A model generated the notes under the pieces. That model was given only the letters and a program-made list of their open reading frames with translations, did no database searches and had not been told where the DNA came from. This document shows, piece by piece, positions 1 through 11,551 of a stretch of 56,134 bases of DNA (position 1 is the first letter of the stretch; the number at the start of each line of letters is the position of its first letter). Source of the DNA: Myxococcales bacterium (lineage in GTDB: Bacteria > Myxococcota_A > Polyangia > Haliangiales > SHYZ01); NCBI GenBank assembly GCA_009692535.1, contig SHYZ01000004.1, forward strand, positions 1-56,134, given 5' to 3'. The translations under genes were made by a program, and so were the position numbers.

Positions 1-129
1 GTAGAGCGTGCTCTGCGCGTGGTTCTGCGCCAGCACGGCCGGTGCCGCGAACAGCACGGCGAGCAGCGCCAGCAACGCGGTGATCGCGCGCGGAGTCGTC
101 TCGGATCGGAGCGTCATCGGGAGCCTCAT
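1..129 (-). CDS. N-terminal part of a secreted protein (runs off the window edge)
   Basis: Manual translation from ATG 129: MRLPMTLRSETTPRAITALLALLAVLFAAPAVLAQNHAQSTLY, open to position 1; signal-peptide-like h-region ending AVLA-Q. Not in the ORF track. Confidence 0.55.
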   Translation of the reverse strand, partial: MRLPMTLRSETTPRAITALLALLAVLFAAPAVLAQNHAQSTLY

Positions 130-292
130 GGACGGAGAACGATGCACGCGGCCTACGCGCGGTGTCGCCTCCGGTACGACCGGCGACGATCGTGGTGCGC
201 TGCCATGCAAGGGCTCTGCAGGGTGGGCATGCGGAACAGCGAAGCGGGGCACCATAGCCGGGGCGCGGGCCGCCGGGAGGATGGGGGCCGGC

Positions 293-1468
293 TCAGCTCG
301 CGAGCACCGCCTCGTAGAGCTCGCGGTAACGCTCGACCATCGTCGAGAGCGCGAACTCGCGCAGAGCCTTCGCCCGGTTGGCGGCGCCGATGGAAGCGCG
401 CCGCTCGCGGTCGGCGAGCGCCGCATCGAGCTGCCGCGCGAACGCCGCCGGATCGCGCCCCGCGACGATCCACGGCCCGTTCTCCGGCGCCACCATCGCC
501 GCCACATCACCGACCGCGGTCGCGACCGCTGCCAGTCCGCACCCCATCGCCTCGACCAGCGAGATCGGCATCTGCTCGGTGTGGGACGACAGTGCGAACA
601 GGTCGGCGGTGCGATAGGCGTCGCGCGGATCGGGCAGGTTGCCGGCGAATCGCACCCGCGATGCGATGCCGAGCTGCGCGGCGCGCTCGCGCAGGGGCGC
701 CTCCTCCGGTCCGTCGCCGCCGATGAGCAGCGCGGCACGGCGCAATGTCGCGAGCGCAGGCTCCCGCTCCGCGACCGCGAGCGCTTCGAGCAGGAGCTCG
801 AGCCCCTTCTCCTTCCGCAACCTCGCCACCGTCACGATCACCGGCGCGTCGATCGCGAGACCGAACCGCTCGCGCAAGATCGCGTGTGAGTCGCCTTGGC
901 CTCGCACGGCGCCTGCATCACTCGGCGCGAAGTGATCGAGATCGATGCCGTTCGGGATGCAAAGACGCCGCGCCTCCGGCACGCGCCACGAGTCGGCCGC
1001 GTGGCGCAGCAGCGTCTGCGACGGCACGACGACGCGCGTGACCCACGGCAGGACGAACCGGCGAAAGCGGACGCGGCGCGCGAGCTGACCGCCACTTTCG
1101 TCGGGGCCGAAGCCGTCCTCGGCGTGCAGCAACCGGCGAAAGCCGAACAGCCGCGCGCCCGGAATCGCCTCGATCGCGCCCCAGTTGTAGGTCAGCACCA
1201 GGTCGGGTCGCAGGCGCGCGATCAGCCGACCGAGGCGCCACGCGTAGGCGCCCAAGCGGCTCTTTCGCGGCGGATCGACGTAGGCGACCCGCGGGTGGCC
1301 TTCGAGCCGCTTGCCGCAGCTGAAGTTGCCGTCGAGCCCGACGATGGTGTGGCGGAACGTCGCCGGCAACGCGTGGATCAGCGTCGCCGTGCGCACCTGC
1401 GGACCGCCGGCGGCGAACGTGCTGAAGAGATGCAGCAGGTGGCGCGGCGTCGCCATCGCCCCGCTCAC
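293..1468 (-). CDS. GT4-family (GT-B) glycosyltransferase
   Basis: GG near the N-terminus, IPNGID, VARLRKEKG, and the E-x7-E motif (TEQMPISLVEAMGCG); GTGA overlap with the upstream gene. Confidence 0.9.
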   Translation of the reverse strand: MSGAMATPRHLLHLFSTFAAGGPQVRTATLIHALPATFRHTIVGLDGNFSCGKRLEGHPRVAYVDPPRKSRLGAYAWRLGRLIARLRPDLVLTYNWGAIEAIPGARLFGFRRLLHAEDGFGPDESGGQLARRVRFRRFVLPWVTRVVVPSQTLLRHAADSWRVPEARRLCIPNGIDLDHFAPSDAGAVRGQGDSHAILRERFGLAIDAPVIVTVARLRKEKGLELLLEALAVAEREPALATLRRAALLIGGDGPEEAPLRERAAQLGIASRVRFAGNLPDPRDAYRTADLFALSSHTEQMPISLVEAMGCGLAAVATAVGDVAAMVAPENGPWIVAGRDPAAFARQLDAALADRERRASIGAANRAKALREFALSTMVERYRELYEAVLAS

Positions 1469-3615
1469 GGCGCTCGCGCAGCGCGCGGTGGCGGCAGCGC
1501 GCGCGCCATGAACTGCGCGCGATCGGCGACCGGCTGCCAGCCGAGCTCCTGCTTCGGCCGCGAGTTATCGAAGCGCCGAGCCGCGGCGCGCGTGGCGAGG
1601 TCGGTCCAGCTCGGCGGCTGCGCGCCCGGCTTGCGGATCGCCTTCTTCACCGCGTACTTGAAGTACTCCTCAGCGAACCAGCTCCAAATGGCCTGCGGAT
1701 GGAAGACGAAGTCGCGGCCGAGTCGCTCGCGCAACTGCGCCACCCAATCGCGCGCGGTCAGGAGCACGTCGCCGACCAGGTTGTAGGAGCGCCCCGCCGC
1801 TGCCGGCAGCGTCGCCATCTTGATCAGCGCCTCGGCGACATCGTCGACCAACACGAACGGCAGCGGCAGCCGACCGCCGCCCCAACCGAAGACCTGGCTG
1901 TCCTTGGCCCAGAAGCCGACGCCCGAGTGCTGCGGCGCGCCGCTCGCGCCGACCACGAAGCCGGGCCGCGCGATGACGAGGTCGAGACCGAGCTCGGTCG
2001 CCGCCTGCAGCAACGCCGCCTCGGCCGCGATCTTCCCGCGCGCATAGAGGCTGCGCGTGTCGGGCGTGGGGTCGAGGGGCGTCGCTTCGGTCACGGGCGC
2101 TGCGTTGCTGTCGGAGAGGTCGTAGGCGGCGATCGAGCTGGTGTAGACCAACCGCGTGACTCCGGCTCGCTTGCACGCCGCCGCCACCGTCCGCGCGCCG
2201 CCCACCATCGTCCGCGCGAACTGCTCCCAGGTGTCGCCGCCACCGGTCGCGAGGTGGATCGCCGCGTGGCAGCGTGCGGCCGCACGTTCGAGCGCCGCGG
2301 CATCCGTCACGTCGCCGGCGAAAAGCGTGACGCCGGGATCGCGCAACGCATCGGGCACGAACGCCGGCTTGCGCACCAGCGCATGGACGCGCTTGCCGTC
2401 GCGCAGCAGCCGCGCGACGACGTGACTGCCGATGAAACCGTTGGCGCCCGTGACCAGGATCGCATCGCGCGGCGCGCCGGGGGCCGGCGTGGCGTAGTTC
2501 GCGGCCGGGACGATCGACGGCGTGACCGCCGCAACCGTCGACTCCGACTCTGGCACCGCGGCCGCAGCGAGTTCGCACGCCTCGACCACGTCGAGACCCT
2601 GCCGCGCGTTGCAGGGATAGCGCGCCCCGCCCCGCAAACTGGCATGGAACGCCGCGATCGCGTCGCGCATGCCGACGTAAAACGGGTCGCTCCGCCCCTT
2701 CAACTTGAGCGTCGAGAGCACGTAGTCGAGCGCATTGCTCCAACCCTGCCGCAGCAGCGAGCGGGCGTTCCACTGCGCGTTCTTCAACTGATCCCAGAAG
2801 TCGGGCCACGGCGTTTTCTGCAACTGCGTCACGTGGCCACGCAACAGATCGACGTGCAGCGAGCCGTCCGGACCGAGCAGCCGCAGGAAGCTCTCGGCGA
2901 AGTCGCGCCCGAACGACAGGAAGAGCGACGCCGTGCCGCGCTCGTGGGTCAGCGACAGCTGCCAGGTGTCGTAGAAGACGACGCCCGGCGCCAGTTCACG
3001 CCGCCCACCCGGCGCCGCGGTCACGCTGCGCACCGGCCCCAACAGATCCACGAGCTGCGAGAACGGGTGGGTTGCCTGCTCGAACACGATGTTGCGCGGC
3101 GCCCTAAACATGTAATGCGAGAAGTCGCGCGTCGTGAGCTGCCGCAACGGCACCGACAAGCAGGCGAACACATGGTCGAGCGGGCCGAGCTGCTGCTCGC
3201 CGAGTCGCCGTTTCGCCTCGGTGAACGCCGGATGGAACGTCGCGTTGTGGTTGACCGCGAGCGGGAGCTTCAGCGACTCGGCGAGCTGCAGCAGTCGCAG
3301 CGCGTCGGCACGCGAGGTCGCGATCGGCTTTTCGAGGAAGACGCCCACGCCGGCTTCAAGCAGCTCCGTCGCGACCTCGACGTGGCGTTGCGGCGGGACC
3401 AGCGCGTGGGCGATGTCAGGCTTGCCAGCCGCGACCAGCTCGGCGATCGAGCCGTGCACGCGCGTGACGCCGTGCTTGCGCGCCAACGCCTCCGCGCGCG
3501 CGCGGTCGAGGTCGACCAGCGCCACCACCTCGACACCCGGCAGCTTGGTCAGGATCTGCAGGTGGTAATCGGCGATGAAGCCGGCCCCCACCACCGCCAC
3601 CTTGGTCGTCGCCAT
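1465..3615 (-). CDS. Fusion of Gfo/Idh/MocA oxidoreductase and NAD-dependent epimerase/dehydratase (extended SDR)
   Basis: N-half VAVVGAGFIA and FLEKP; C-half ILVTGANGFIG, YTSS, YARGK (YxxxK). Start moved to ATG 3615 (MATTKVAVVG). Confidence 0.85.
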   Translation of the reverse strand: MATTKVAVVGAGFIADYHLQILTKLPGVEVVALVDLDRARAEALARKHGVTRVHGSIAELVAAGKPDIAHALVPPQRHVEVATELLEAGVGVFLEKPIATSRADALRLLQLAESLKLPLAVNHNATFHPAFTEAKRRLGEQQLGPLDHVFACLSVPLRQLTTRDFSHYMFRAPRNIVFEQATHPFSQLVDLLGPVRSVTAAPGGRRELAPGVVFYDTWQLSLTHERGTASLFLSFGRDFAESFLRLLGPDGSLHVDLLRGHVTQLQKTPWPDFWDQLKNAQWNARSLLRQGWSNALDYVLSTLKLKGRSDPFYVGMRDAIAAFHASLRGGARYPCNARQGLDVVEACELAAAAVPESESTVAAVTPSIVPAANYATPAPGAPRDAILVTGANGFIGSHVVARLLRDGKRVHALVRKPAFVPDALRDPGVTLFAGDVTDAAALERAAARCHAAIHLATGGGDTWEQFARTMVGGARTVAAACKRAGVTRLVYTSSIAAYDLSDSNAAPVTEATPLDPTPDTRSLYARGKIAAEAALLQAATELGLDLVIARPGFVVGASGAPQHSGVGFWAKDSQVFGWGGGRLPLPFVLVDDVAEALIKMATLPAAAGRSYNLVGDVLLTARDWVAQLRERLGRDFVFHPQAIWSWFAEEYFKYAVKKAIRKPGAQPPSWTDLATRAAARRFDNSRPKQELGWQPVADRAQFMARALPPPRAARAP

Positions 3616-3736
3616 CCGTTGAGGTTTCCGCCCGCCGTTCCATGGCCCAGCCGCGCGCAACACCCTTCGCTCGTCCAGACCCTTGCCTGGACGGTCACTC
3701 GAATCGTCGTTCACGCCACGATCTTGGTCAACCGGA

Positions 3737-5236
3737 TCACGATCCGCCGGCGCAGCAACTCCCCGCCGCCGCTCCACCCACCGCCGCCGCCGGCTTCGGC
3801 GCGCGCCGCGCCTCGGCCACGATCGCGCGCACCCGCTCCATCAGCGTCGGCCCGTGGTACGGGATGCCGTCCTTGATCGTCCATTCGATGCCGCCGGCGT
3901 GAACCGGCCGCCCGTCCACGTTGATGTCGGCACCGGTCGGATAGAGCAGCCGCAGGTTGTCGAGCGGGTTTCCGTTCACCAGCACGAGGTCGGCGAGATG
4001 GCCCGCCCGCACCCGCCCGAGCGTCGCGTCGACGCCGACGATGCGCGCGCCGCTCACCGTCGCCTGCGTGAACACTTCGAGCGGCGTGAAGCCCGCCTCC
4101 TCGTGCAGTTCGAGCTCGCGCAGGTAGCCGAAGCCATACATTTCATAGATGAAGCCGGCGTCCTCGCCGCAGGTCACGGTGCCGCCCAGATCGGCGAAGC
4201 GCTTCACCGCCGCCATCCAGATCCGGTAGTTCTCCCGCCAATACGCCTCGTCGGTCGCGCTCCAGCCGATGAAGTAGCTGCCGTGCGAGTCGAGGTTGGG
4301 CTCGAAGAACTTGGCGAGGCCGGGGTGGAGATGGTCGCGGAACCACGGCTGGTTCTGCGCCCGCGTCAAGTCGCGCGACGCTTCGTAGATCGCCAGCGTC
4401 GGATCCCACGCCAGCTTCGCGTCGACCATCGCCTGCAGCACTTGGTCGAGCTTCTCCGGGTCGGCCTCGCGCCAGAGACGGCCGGCGTAGCGGAAGCGGT
4501 CGACCTCGTTGCTGTAGGAAAAGTCAGGCGGGAAGTGCTGCAGGCCGAGCAGCGCCGCGTCCGGTACGCCGTACCAGTGCTCGATCGAGGTCATGCCGAG
4601 CCGCGCGCAGTCGAGGACGGTCGTCTCCTCGACGCCCATGTGGATCGTCGTCGGCAGGCCGAGGTTCTTCGCCTCGCCGACCACCGCGTCGAGCGCGTCG
4701 CGATCCATGCTGAAGAGCTTCAGTCCGTCGGCGCCGCGGCCCTTCAGCTCGCGCACCTTCGCGCGCAGTTCGTCGGGCTTGCCGTTGTTCAGGAACGGGT
4801 AGAGCCAGAAGCGCGGTGCCGCGATCGCACCGTCGCGGCTCTGCTGCCGCAGCTCGAGGCTCCGGTCGAACTCGCTGCCGACATCGCGTACTGAAGTGAT
4901 GCCGCACGCCAGCCAGAGATTGAACTGGTACTCGTTCTCGATCGCGATCCCGCCACGCTCCTCCTGGATGTGGCCGTGCAGGTTGAAGAACCCCGGCAGC
5001 AGGTACTTGCCCTTGCCGTCGATCACGGTCGCGAAGCGCTCGTCCGGCTTGGCGCGCTCGACCTGCTCGATCGTGTTGCCGCGCACCAGCACATCGGTCG
5101 GCCCCAGCGGCGGCGTCCCGTTGCCGCGAATCACCATGACATCGCGGATCAGCAGCGACTCGGCGCGCACGCCGTGGGTCGGCGGCGGCGGCGCCTGCGC
5201 AAGGAGGAGGTTCACGACAAACGGTGCGATCAGCAT
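3737..5236 (-). CDS. Secreted metal-dependent amidohydrolase
   Basis: IDGKGKYLLPGFFNLHGH (HxH), GITSVRDVG, IEH, GEDAG, G-x-ADLVLVNGNPL; hydrophobic N-terminus from ATG 5236. Confidence 0.85.
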   Translation of the reverse strand: MLIAPFVVNLLLAQAPPPPTHGVRAESLLIRDVMVIRGNGTPPLGPTDVLVRGNTIEQVERAKPDERFATVIDGKGKYLLPGFFNLHGHIQEERGGIAIENEYQFNLWLACGITSVRDVGSEFDRSLELRQQSRDGAIAAPRFWLYPFLNNGKPDELRAKVRELKGRGADGLKLFSMDRDALDAVVGEAKNLGLPTTIHMGVEETTVLDCARLGMTSIEHWYGVPDAALLGLQHFPPDFSYSNEVDRFRYAGRLWREADPEKLDQVLQAMVDAKLAWDPTLAIYEASRDLTRAQNQPWFRDHLHPGLAKFFEPNLDSHGSYFIGWSATDEAYWRENYRIWMAAVKRFADLGGTVTCGEDAGFIYEMYGFGYLRELELHEEAGFTPLEVFTQATVSGARIVGVDATLGRVRAGHLADLVLVNGNPLDNLRLLYPTGADINVDGRPVHAGGIEWTIKDGIPYHGPTLMERVRAIVAEARRAPKPAAAVGGAAAGSCCAGGS

Positions 5237-5316
5237 CGAGACGCTCCGCGACGAGTGGCGCGCGATTGTAGGCCGATCGTGCGCCGGAACTTCGCCGCCG
5301 CTCCACTCGCTCCCGA

Positions 5317-7371
5317 TCACTCCGGTTCGAGCAGCAACTCGAGGTCGGTCGCCTCGCCCGCGCGGATCGTGAACGACTGCTCAAGCGGTCGGAAGCCGGC
5401 ACCCTTGAAGCGGAGCCGATGGATGCCCGGCTCCAGCAGCGGTGCCGAGAGATAGGCAACGCCAGGCAGGAAGTCGTGTTCGCCGAGCTCGACCGTGCCG
5501 TCGTCGTGGAGGCGGTAGACGACGCCCAGTGGCGGAGGCGAAAGCAGCGCCGGCAAATGATCGAGATTCGCCCCCACGGAGGCATCGGTCGCCACATCGG
5601 GCGGCACGCGCAACGTGAATCGGAGCCGGCCGCCGGCACGCAGGCGCAATGAGACCGCCGTCGTCTGGTCGGCGTGCACCTCCGCCTCCACCGAGGCGGG
5701 GAACCAGAGGCTCGACTCGGGGAACGGGCCCGCCTGCGGCACACCGGCGAACACCTCGACTTGGTAACGGCCCGCTGGCAGCCCCTCGATCCGGTGCACC
5801 GACGCGAGCGGACGGCGATAGCAGTTCTCGACCATCCCGCCGAGCGGCGTGCGCAGCGTCACGGTCGCAGGAGCGAGCGCGACGCCCTGCTCGTCGGTGA
5901 TCGTCAGTTCGAGCGCACCGATCCGGTCGCCGATCGGCCGCAGCACGAGGCGCAGCTCCGCGTCCTCGTCCGCGTTCTCGTCATCGTCGCCAAAGGTGTA
6001 TTCGCCCTCCGCCGGCACGCAGCCCGCGAGCGTCGCCGTCACGGTGACGCGCTCGCCCGCGCGGGCGTCGACGGCGACGGTGCCATCGGCTTCGAGCCGC
6101 AGCGTTGCGATGCGCGCCAAAGTCTCGTAGCGAGCGCCGACATGGAACAGGCACTCGGCTTCTGGCAGCGGCGCACTCTCCTCGTCGACCACGAGGATGC
6201 GCAGACGATGGCGCTCGACGATCAGCTCCGCGCTCGTGTCGCCGAGCGGGAGGACAGGAGTGTCGCCGCGCTCGGTCGACCGCTCGAAGTACGTGGCGAA
6301 GCGGTAGCTCCCGGCGGCGAGCCCGTCGATGCGAAAGGAGCCGTCGCCCTGTGATGTCGCACAACCCCGTAGGCGTCCGTCACGCCGGTCTACCGAAGGC
6401 GCGTCCGCAAGCGCGCCGGATGTCGCACCCTCCGCCGCGACCGCGTCGACTAGGACTCCGGCGAGCGGCCGTCCGCGCCGATCGACGGTGCGCCCGCCGA
6501 CGAATCCGCGCCCGGCGAGGACAAGGTCGCCGAGTTCGACGTCGACCGACAGCGTGACGTCGATCACTGGCGAGAGCGCGATGCCGTGGCCTCCCGACGC
6601 GAAGACGCGCCACTACTGCGCGCTTTGGATCGGCAGCTCGAAAGCGCCATGCCGGTTGCTCCACGCCTCCCCCAAGCAGCGCAACTCGGGCGCGATCAAG
6701 CCGCGCACCATCGCCATCTCGACGGGCGCGCCGGCGGAATCGACGACACGGCCGCGGACGGCGGCGCCGACGACCAGCTCGAAGCGAAGCGTGCAAGCGC
6801 CGGTGGCCGCATCGAAGGTGCCGCTCAGCGTCTGCAAGCGGTGGCGCGGCGCATGGGCGGTGGCGACGACGGCGACGGTCGCGCGCGCGACGGCAGGCAC
6901 GGACTCGACGACTGACGCCATCACTTCGTGGTCGACGCCGCCATCGGCGTTCGTCGTCACGACCGCGAGCGGCGTCAAGCGTCCGCCGCGATCGAGCGAC
7001 AGATCGACGGTCACGCCCGCGATCGGGCCCGCGGCGTCAACCACTTCAACGCGCACGCGCCACTCGGGACTCGCCGCCGTCGACGCTGCAGGAGCGGGCG
7101 CTGATTCGAGATCGAGGACGCGTGACGCGCCCAGCGGCGGCAGCTCGCCGACTTCAACCAAAGCAGGTGCTGCCAACGCAGCAGACTCCGCCGCGGCGCC
7201 CTGCACCGATCCGCTGTTCGGTGCGGCGTCGCCCCGCTCCTCCCCTCGCATCCACTCGTAGCAAGCGAAGCGCCCGCCGCAGATCAGCAGCGTCAGGCCG
7301 ATCGCCAAGAACAACGCGACACCGTGGCTCGTGCCGCGTCGAGGCGGCACACTGTTGCCCGCCGCCGTCAC
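5317..7371 (-). pseudogene. Membrane-anchored carboxypeptidase-regulatory-like (Ig/transthyretin-like) repeat protein interrupted by one in-frame TAG at 6613-6615
   Basis: ORFs 6613..7497 and 5317..6567 share a frame and are separated only by TAG plus 15 sense codons; repeated GRVVD-x-G-x-P motifs on both sides. Likely GTG start at 7371 with GGAG upstream. Confidence 0.65.
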
Positions 7372-7384
7372 GCCCGCCGCTCCG

Positions 7385-9550
7385 TCACTGCTTCGCTGGC
7401 TTCGCGGGCTTCTCTGCTTCTGCGGTTCCATTCGCGCTCCCCACCGTCTTCTTCCAGAACGTGCTGCTCGCCGGCAGTGCCAGCAGCGTCGTTGCATCCT
7501 TCTCCTTCACGTCGACGAACAGCCCGAACCACTCGCCGGTCCGCACCAGTCCGTCGCCGCGTTCCTTCTTGGTGTAGCTGTCCTTGCCGCCGCCGAAGTC
7601 GAGCAGCGCGCCGATCGCCTGGAACGTGTGGTAGCTCGAATCGCCGCTGCCGCCTTGCGAGTCGGCGCCGCCGCCGCCGCCGTAGCGGTCGTTGCCGCCG
7701 CCATCGAGCAGGATTGCGACCGCGGAGTTGGCGGTGCCGCCGAGGGCGAGGCCGCCGACGTCGTATTGATCGTCGCCGGCGTCGTCGATCAGCCAGCCGA
7801 CTCCTTCGTCCCAGCCGGCGCCGCAATTCGCCGCACACTTCGTCTCGTAGCGATCGTTGCCGCCGGCATCCCAGCGCACACCCACCGCCTGATGCACGCC
7901 GAAGCCCTGGCTGTAGCGGTAGCCGTGGTTTTCGTCGTCGCCGCCGCCGTCATAGAGCAGGCCGAAGCCGAAGTAGTAGGCACCACCCATGCTGAAGTTG
8001 CCCGACTCGTAATAGTCGGTGCCGTTGCCGAGATCGGCGCACAGCGCGAGTCCGCCCGCCAACTGCTGCCCATCGCGGAAACCGAAGCTGTAGCCCTGCG
8101 ACGCACCATGGAAACTGCCCGGCCCCGAATCACCGTAGACGTCGGGCCAATGGCCGTTCGCGACGTAGCGATCGTCGCCGCCTCCGTCGATCAGCGCCGC
8201 GAAGCCGTTGCCGTTGCCGCCGCCCTGCGCGTAGGCCCACGCGCTGTAGCTGTCGTTGCCGGCGCGATCGATCAGCAGACCGATTCCCGCGAACGAGTAG
8301 CCCTGCACGTAATCGTGCGCGACATAGACATCGTCGCCTTCGAGGTCGATCAGCGCCGCAAAGCCCAACGCCGCGCTGCCCTGACCGAGCCGCCCGCTCG
8401 TGTAGTGGTCCTTGCCCTTCACGTCGATCGCCAGCGCGACGCCGCAGGTGGCGAACGCGGGACCGCTCGCTTCGCTGCTGCCCCAACGATCGTTGCCGGC
8501 GAGGTCGATCACCACGCTGACGCGCGGCGACTCGCCATCGACGACCGCCGCGCGCGCCCACGTGTCGTCGCCGCCCAGGTCGATCACCAGCGCCGCGGCG
8601 CCGCGGACGATCGTCTTGCCGGTGCCGAGCAGCACGACGCGCGACTCGTCGCGGACTCCCGCCGTTGCGATCACGTCGCCGCTGAAACCGTCGACCTTCG
8701 CCTGGGTGCGCGCCGTCTTCGCCAGGCGCCGGCCAAGCGTCGCCAGGAACGGCGGCAGCGTGAGCCGCGCCACCCGCTCGCTCACCGCCAGCAGCGCCAC
8801 GCGATCGAGCTTCCACGCCAACGCCTTCCACTTCTCGATCAGCGCGTTCTGCTCGACTGAAAGCTGCCCCTTCGGGTCATGCACGAGCGCGAACGCCGCG
8901 GCAAAGTCGACGAAGCTCGAACGCAGGAGCGCCCGATCGCCATCGCTCACCCCGGTCAGCAGCGCCGCGAGTGCGTCATGGCATCCGGCGACGTAGCTCG
9001 ACAGCAGATCGAGCAGCTCCTCGTCCACCACCGCGACCTCGACCGGCCGGCCCTCCGTCTTCGCGTCCGCCAATGGCGGAGCGATCTTGAGCCACAGCGC
9101 GTCGAGCTCCTGCAGCGCCGGTTCCAGCGGCTCCACCGGCACGACGTCGAGCCAGTTGCCAATCTCGCGGACGAAACCAGTCAGCGCAACGCCGCCCGAC
9201 TGCGACCCCAGCTTCGGCAGCGCCGCGGTCGCGCCATCGCGCAACTCGGCCGCCACCATCGGCGCATGCCACGGCTGCGACAGCGACTCCATCACCCGCT
9301 TGAGCCGCGTCTTTCCGAGCGAGATATCGTGCTTTGCGACCATCTGCGCGAGGTAGGGCGGCAGCGCCGCGAACTCCGCCCCGAAGCCGCGCGCTTCCGC
9401 GATCCGTTCGAGCAGCCGCCAAGTCGGCGATGAGCCGTCTTGCGCAGGAAGCGTCGCGGCCGACACCGGCGGAACGACCGCGGACCCGAGCAGCAGGCCG
9501 ACGCCGCACGCTGCCAACATCGCGCCATTCACCAATCGCAATCTGCCCAT
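7385..9550 (-). CDS. Secreted protein with about 12 C-terminal hhD-x-x-G-x-D-x-Y/W repeats (putative Ca-binding beta-solenoid)
   Basis: Signal-like N-terminus from ATG 9550 (MGRLRLVNGAMLAACGVGLLLG); repeats such as IDLGGDDTW, IDLEGDDVY, IDRAGNDSY, IDDAGDDQY. The ORF-track extension to 12169 is antisense to thiC. Confidence 0.75.
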   Translation of the reverse strand: MGRLRLVNGAMLAACGVGLLLGSAVVPPVSAATLPAQDGSSPTWRLLERIAEARGFGAEFAALPPYLAQMVAKHDISLGKTRLKRVMESLSQPWHAPMVAAELRDGATAALPKLGSQSGGVALTGFVREIGNWLDVVPVEPLEPALQELDALWLKIAPPLADAKTEGRPVEVAVVDEELLDLLSSYVAGCHDALAALLTGVSDGDRALLRSSFVDFAAAFALVHDPKGQLSVEQNALIEKWKALAWKLDRVALLAVSERVARLTLPPFLATLGRRLAKTARTQAKVDGFSGDVIATAGVRDESRVVLLGTGKTIVRGAAALVIDLGGDDTWARAAVVDGESPRVSVVIDLAGNDRWGSSEASGPAFATCGVALAIDVKGKDHYTSGRLGQGSAALGFAALIDLEGDDVYVAHDYVQGYSFAGIGLLIDRAGNDSYSAWAYAQGGGNGNGFAALIDGGGDDRYVANGHWPDVYGDSGPGSFHGASQGYSFGFRDGQQLAGGLALCADLGNGTDYYESGNFSMGGAYYFGFGLLYDGGGDDENHGYRYSQGFGVHQAVGVRWDAGGNDRYETKCAANCGAGWDEGVGWLIDDAGDDQYDVGGLALGGTANSAVAILLDGGGNDRYGGGGGADSQGGSGDSSYHTFQAIGALLDFGGGKDSYTKKERGDGLVRTGEWFGLFVDVKEKDATTLLALPASSTFWKKTVGSANGTAEAEKPAKPAKQ

Positions 9551-9652
9551 GCCGCGATGGTAGTCCGAGCCGCTCCGCCGCGATTCAACGCGTTGCCTCG
9601 CGCTCGCTAACCTTCCGCCCCTCGCGCACGCGATCCACGGGTCGTCGCGCGC

Positions 9653-11422
<1,770 letters not shown>

Positions 11423-11551
11423 TCGACGAACCGGTTGCCTGCCCCCGGTCGCCCGTCTATCTCGACCGGAGTGCCGGCGCGCCGCCCCGCCCGCGACCCA
11501 CCGCGCAAGTCCGCCCCCCTCCCGCGCCGATCGCGGGAACGGGGGGTGGGA

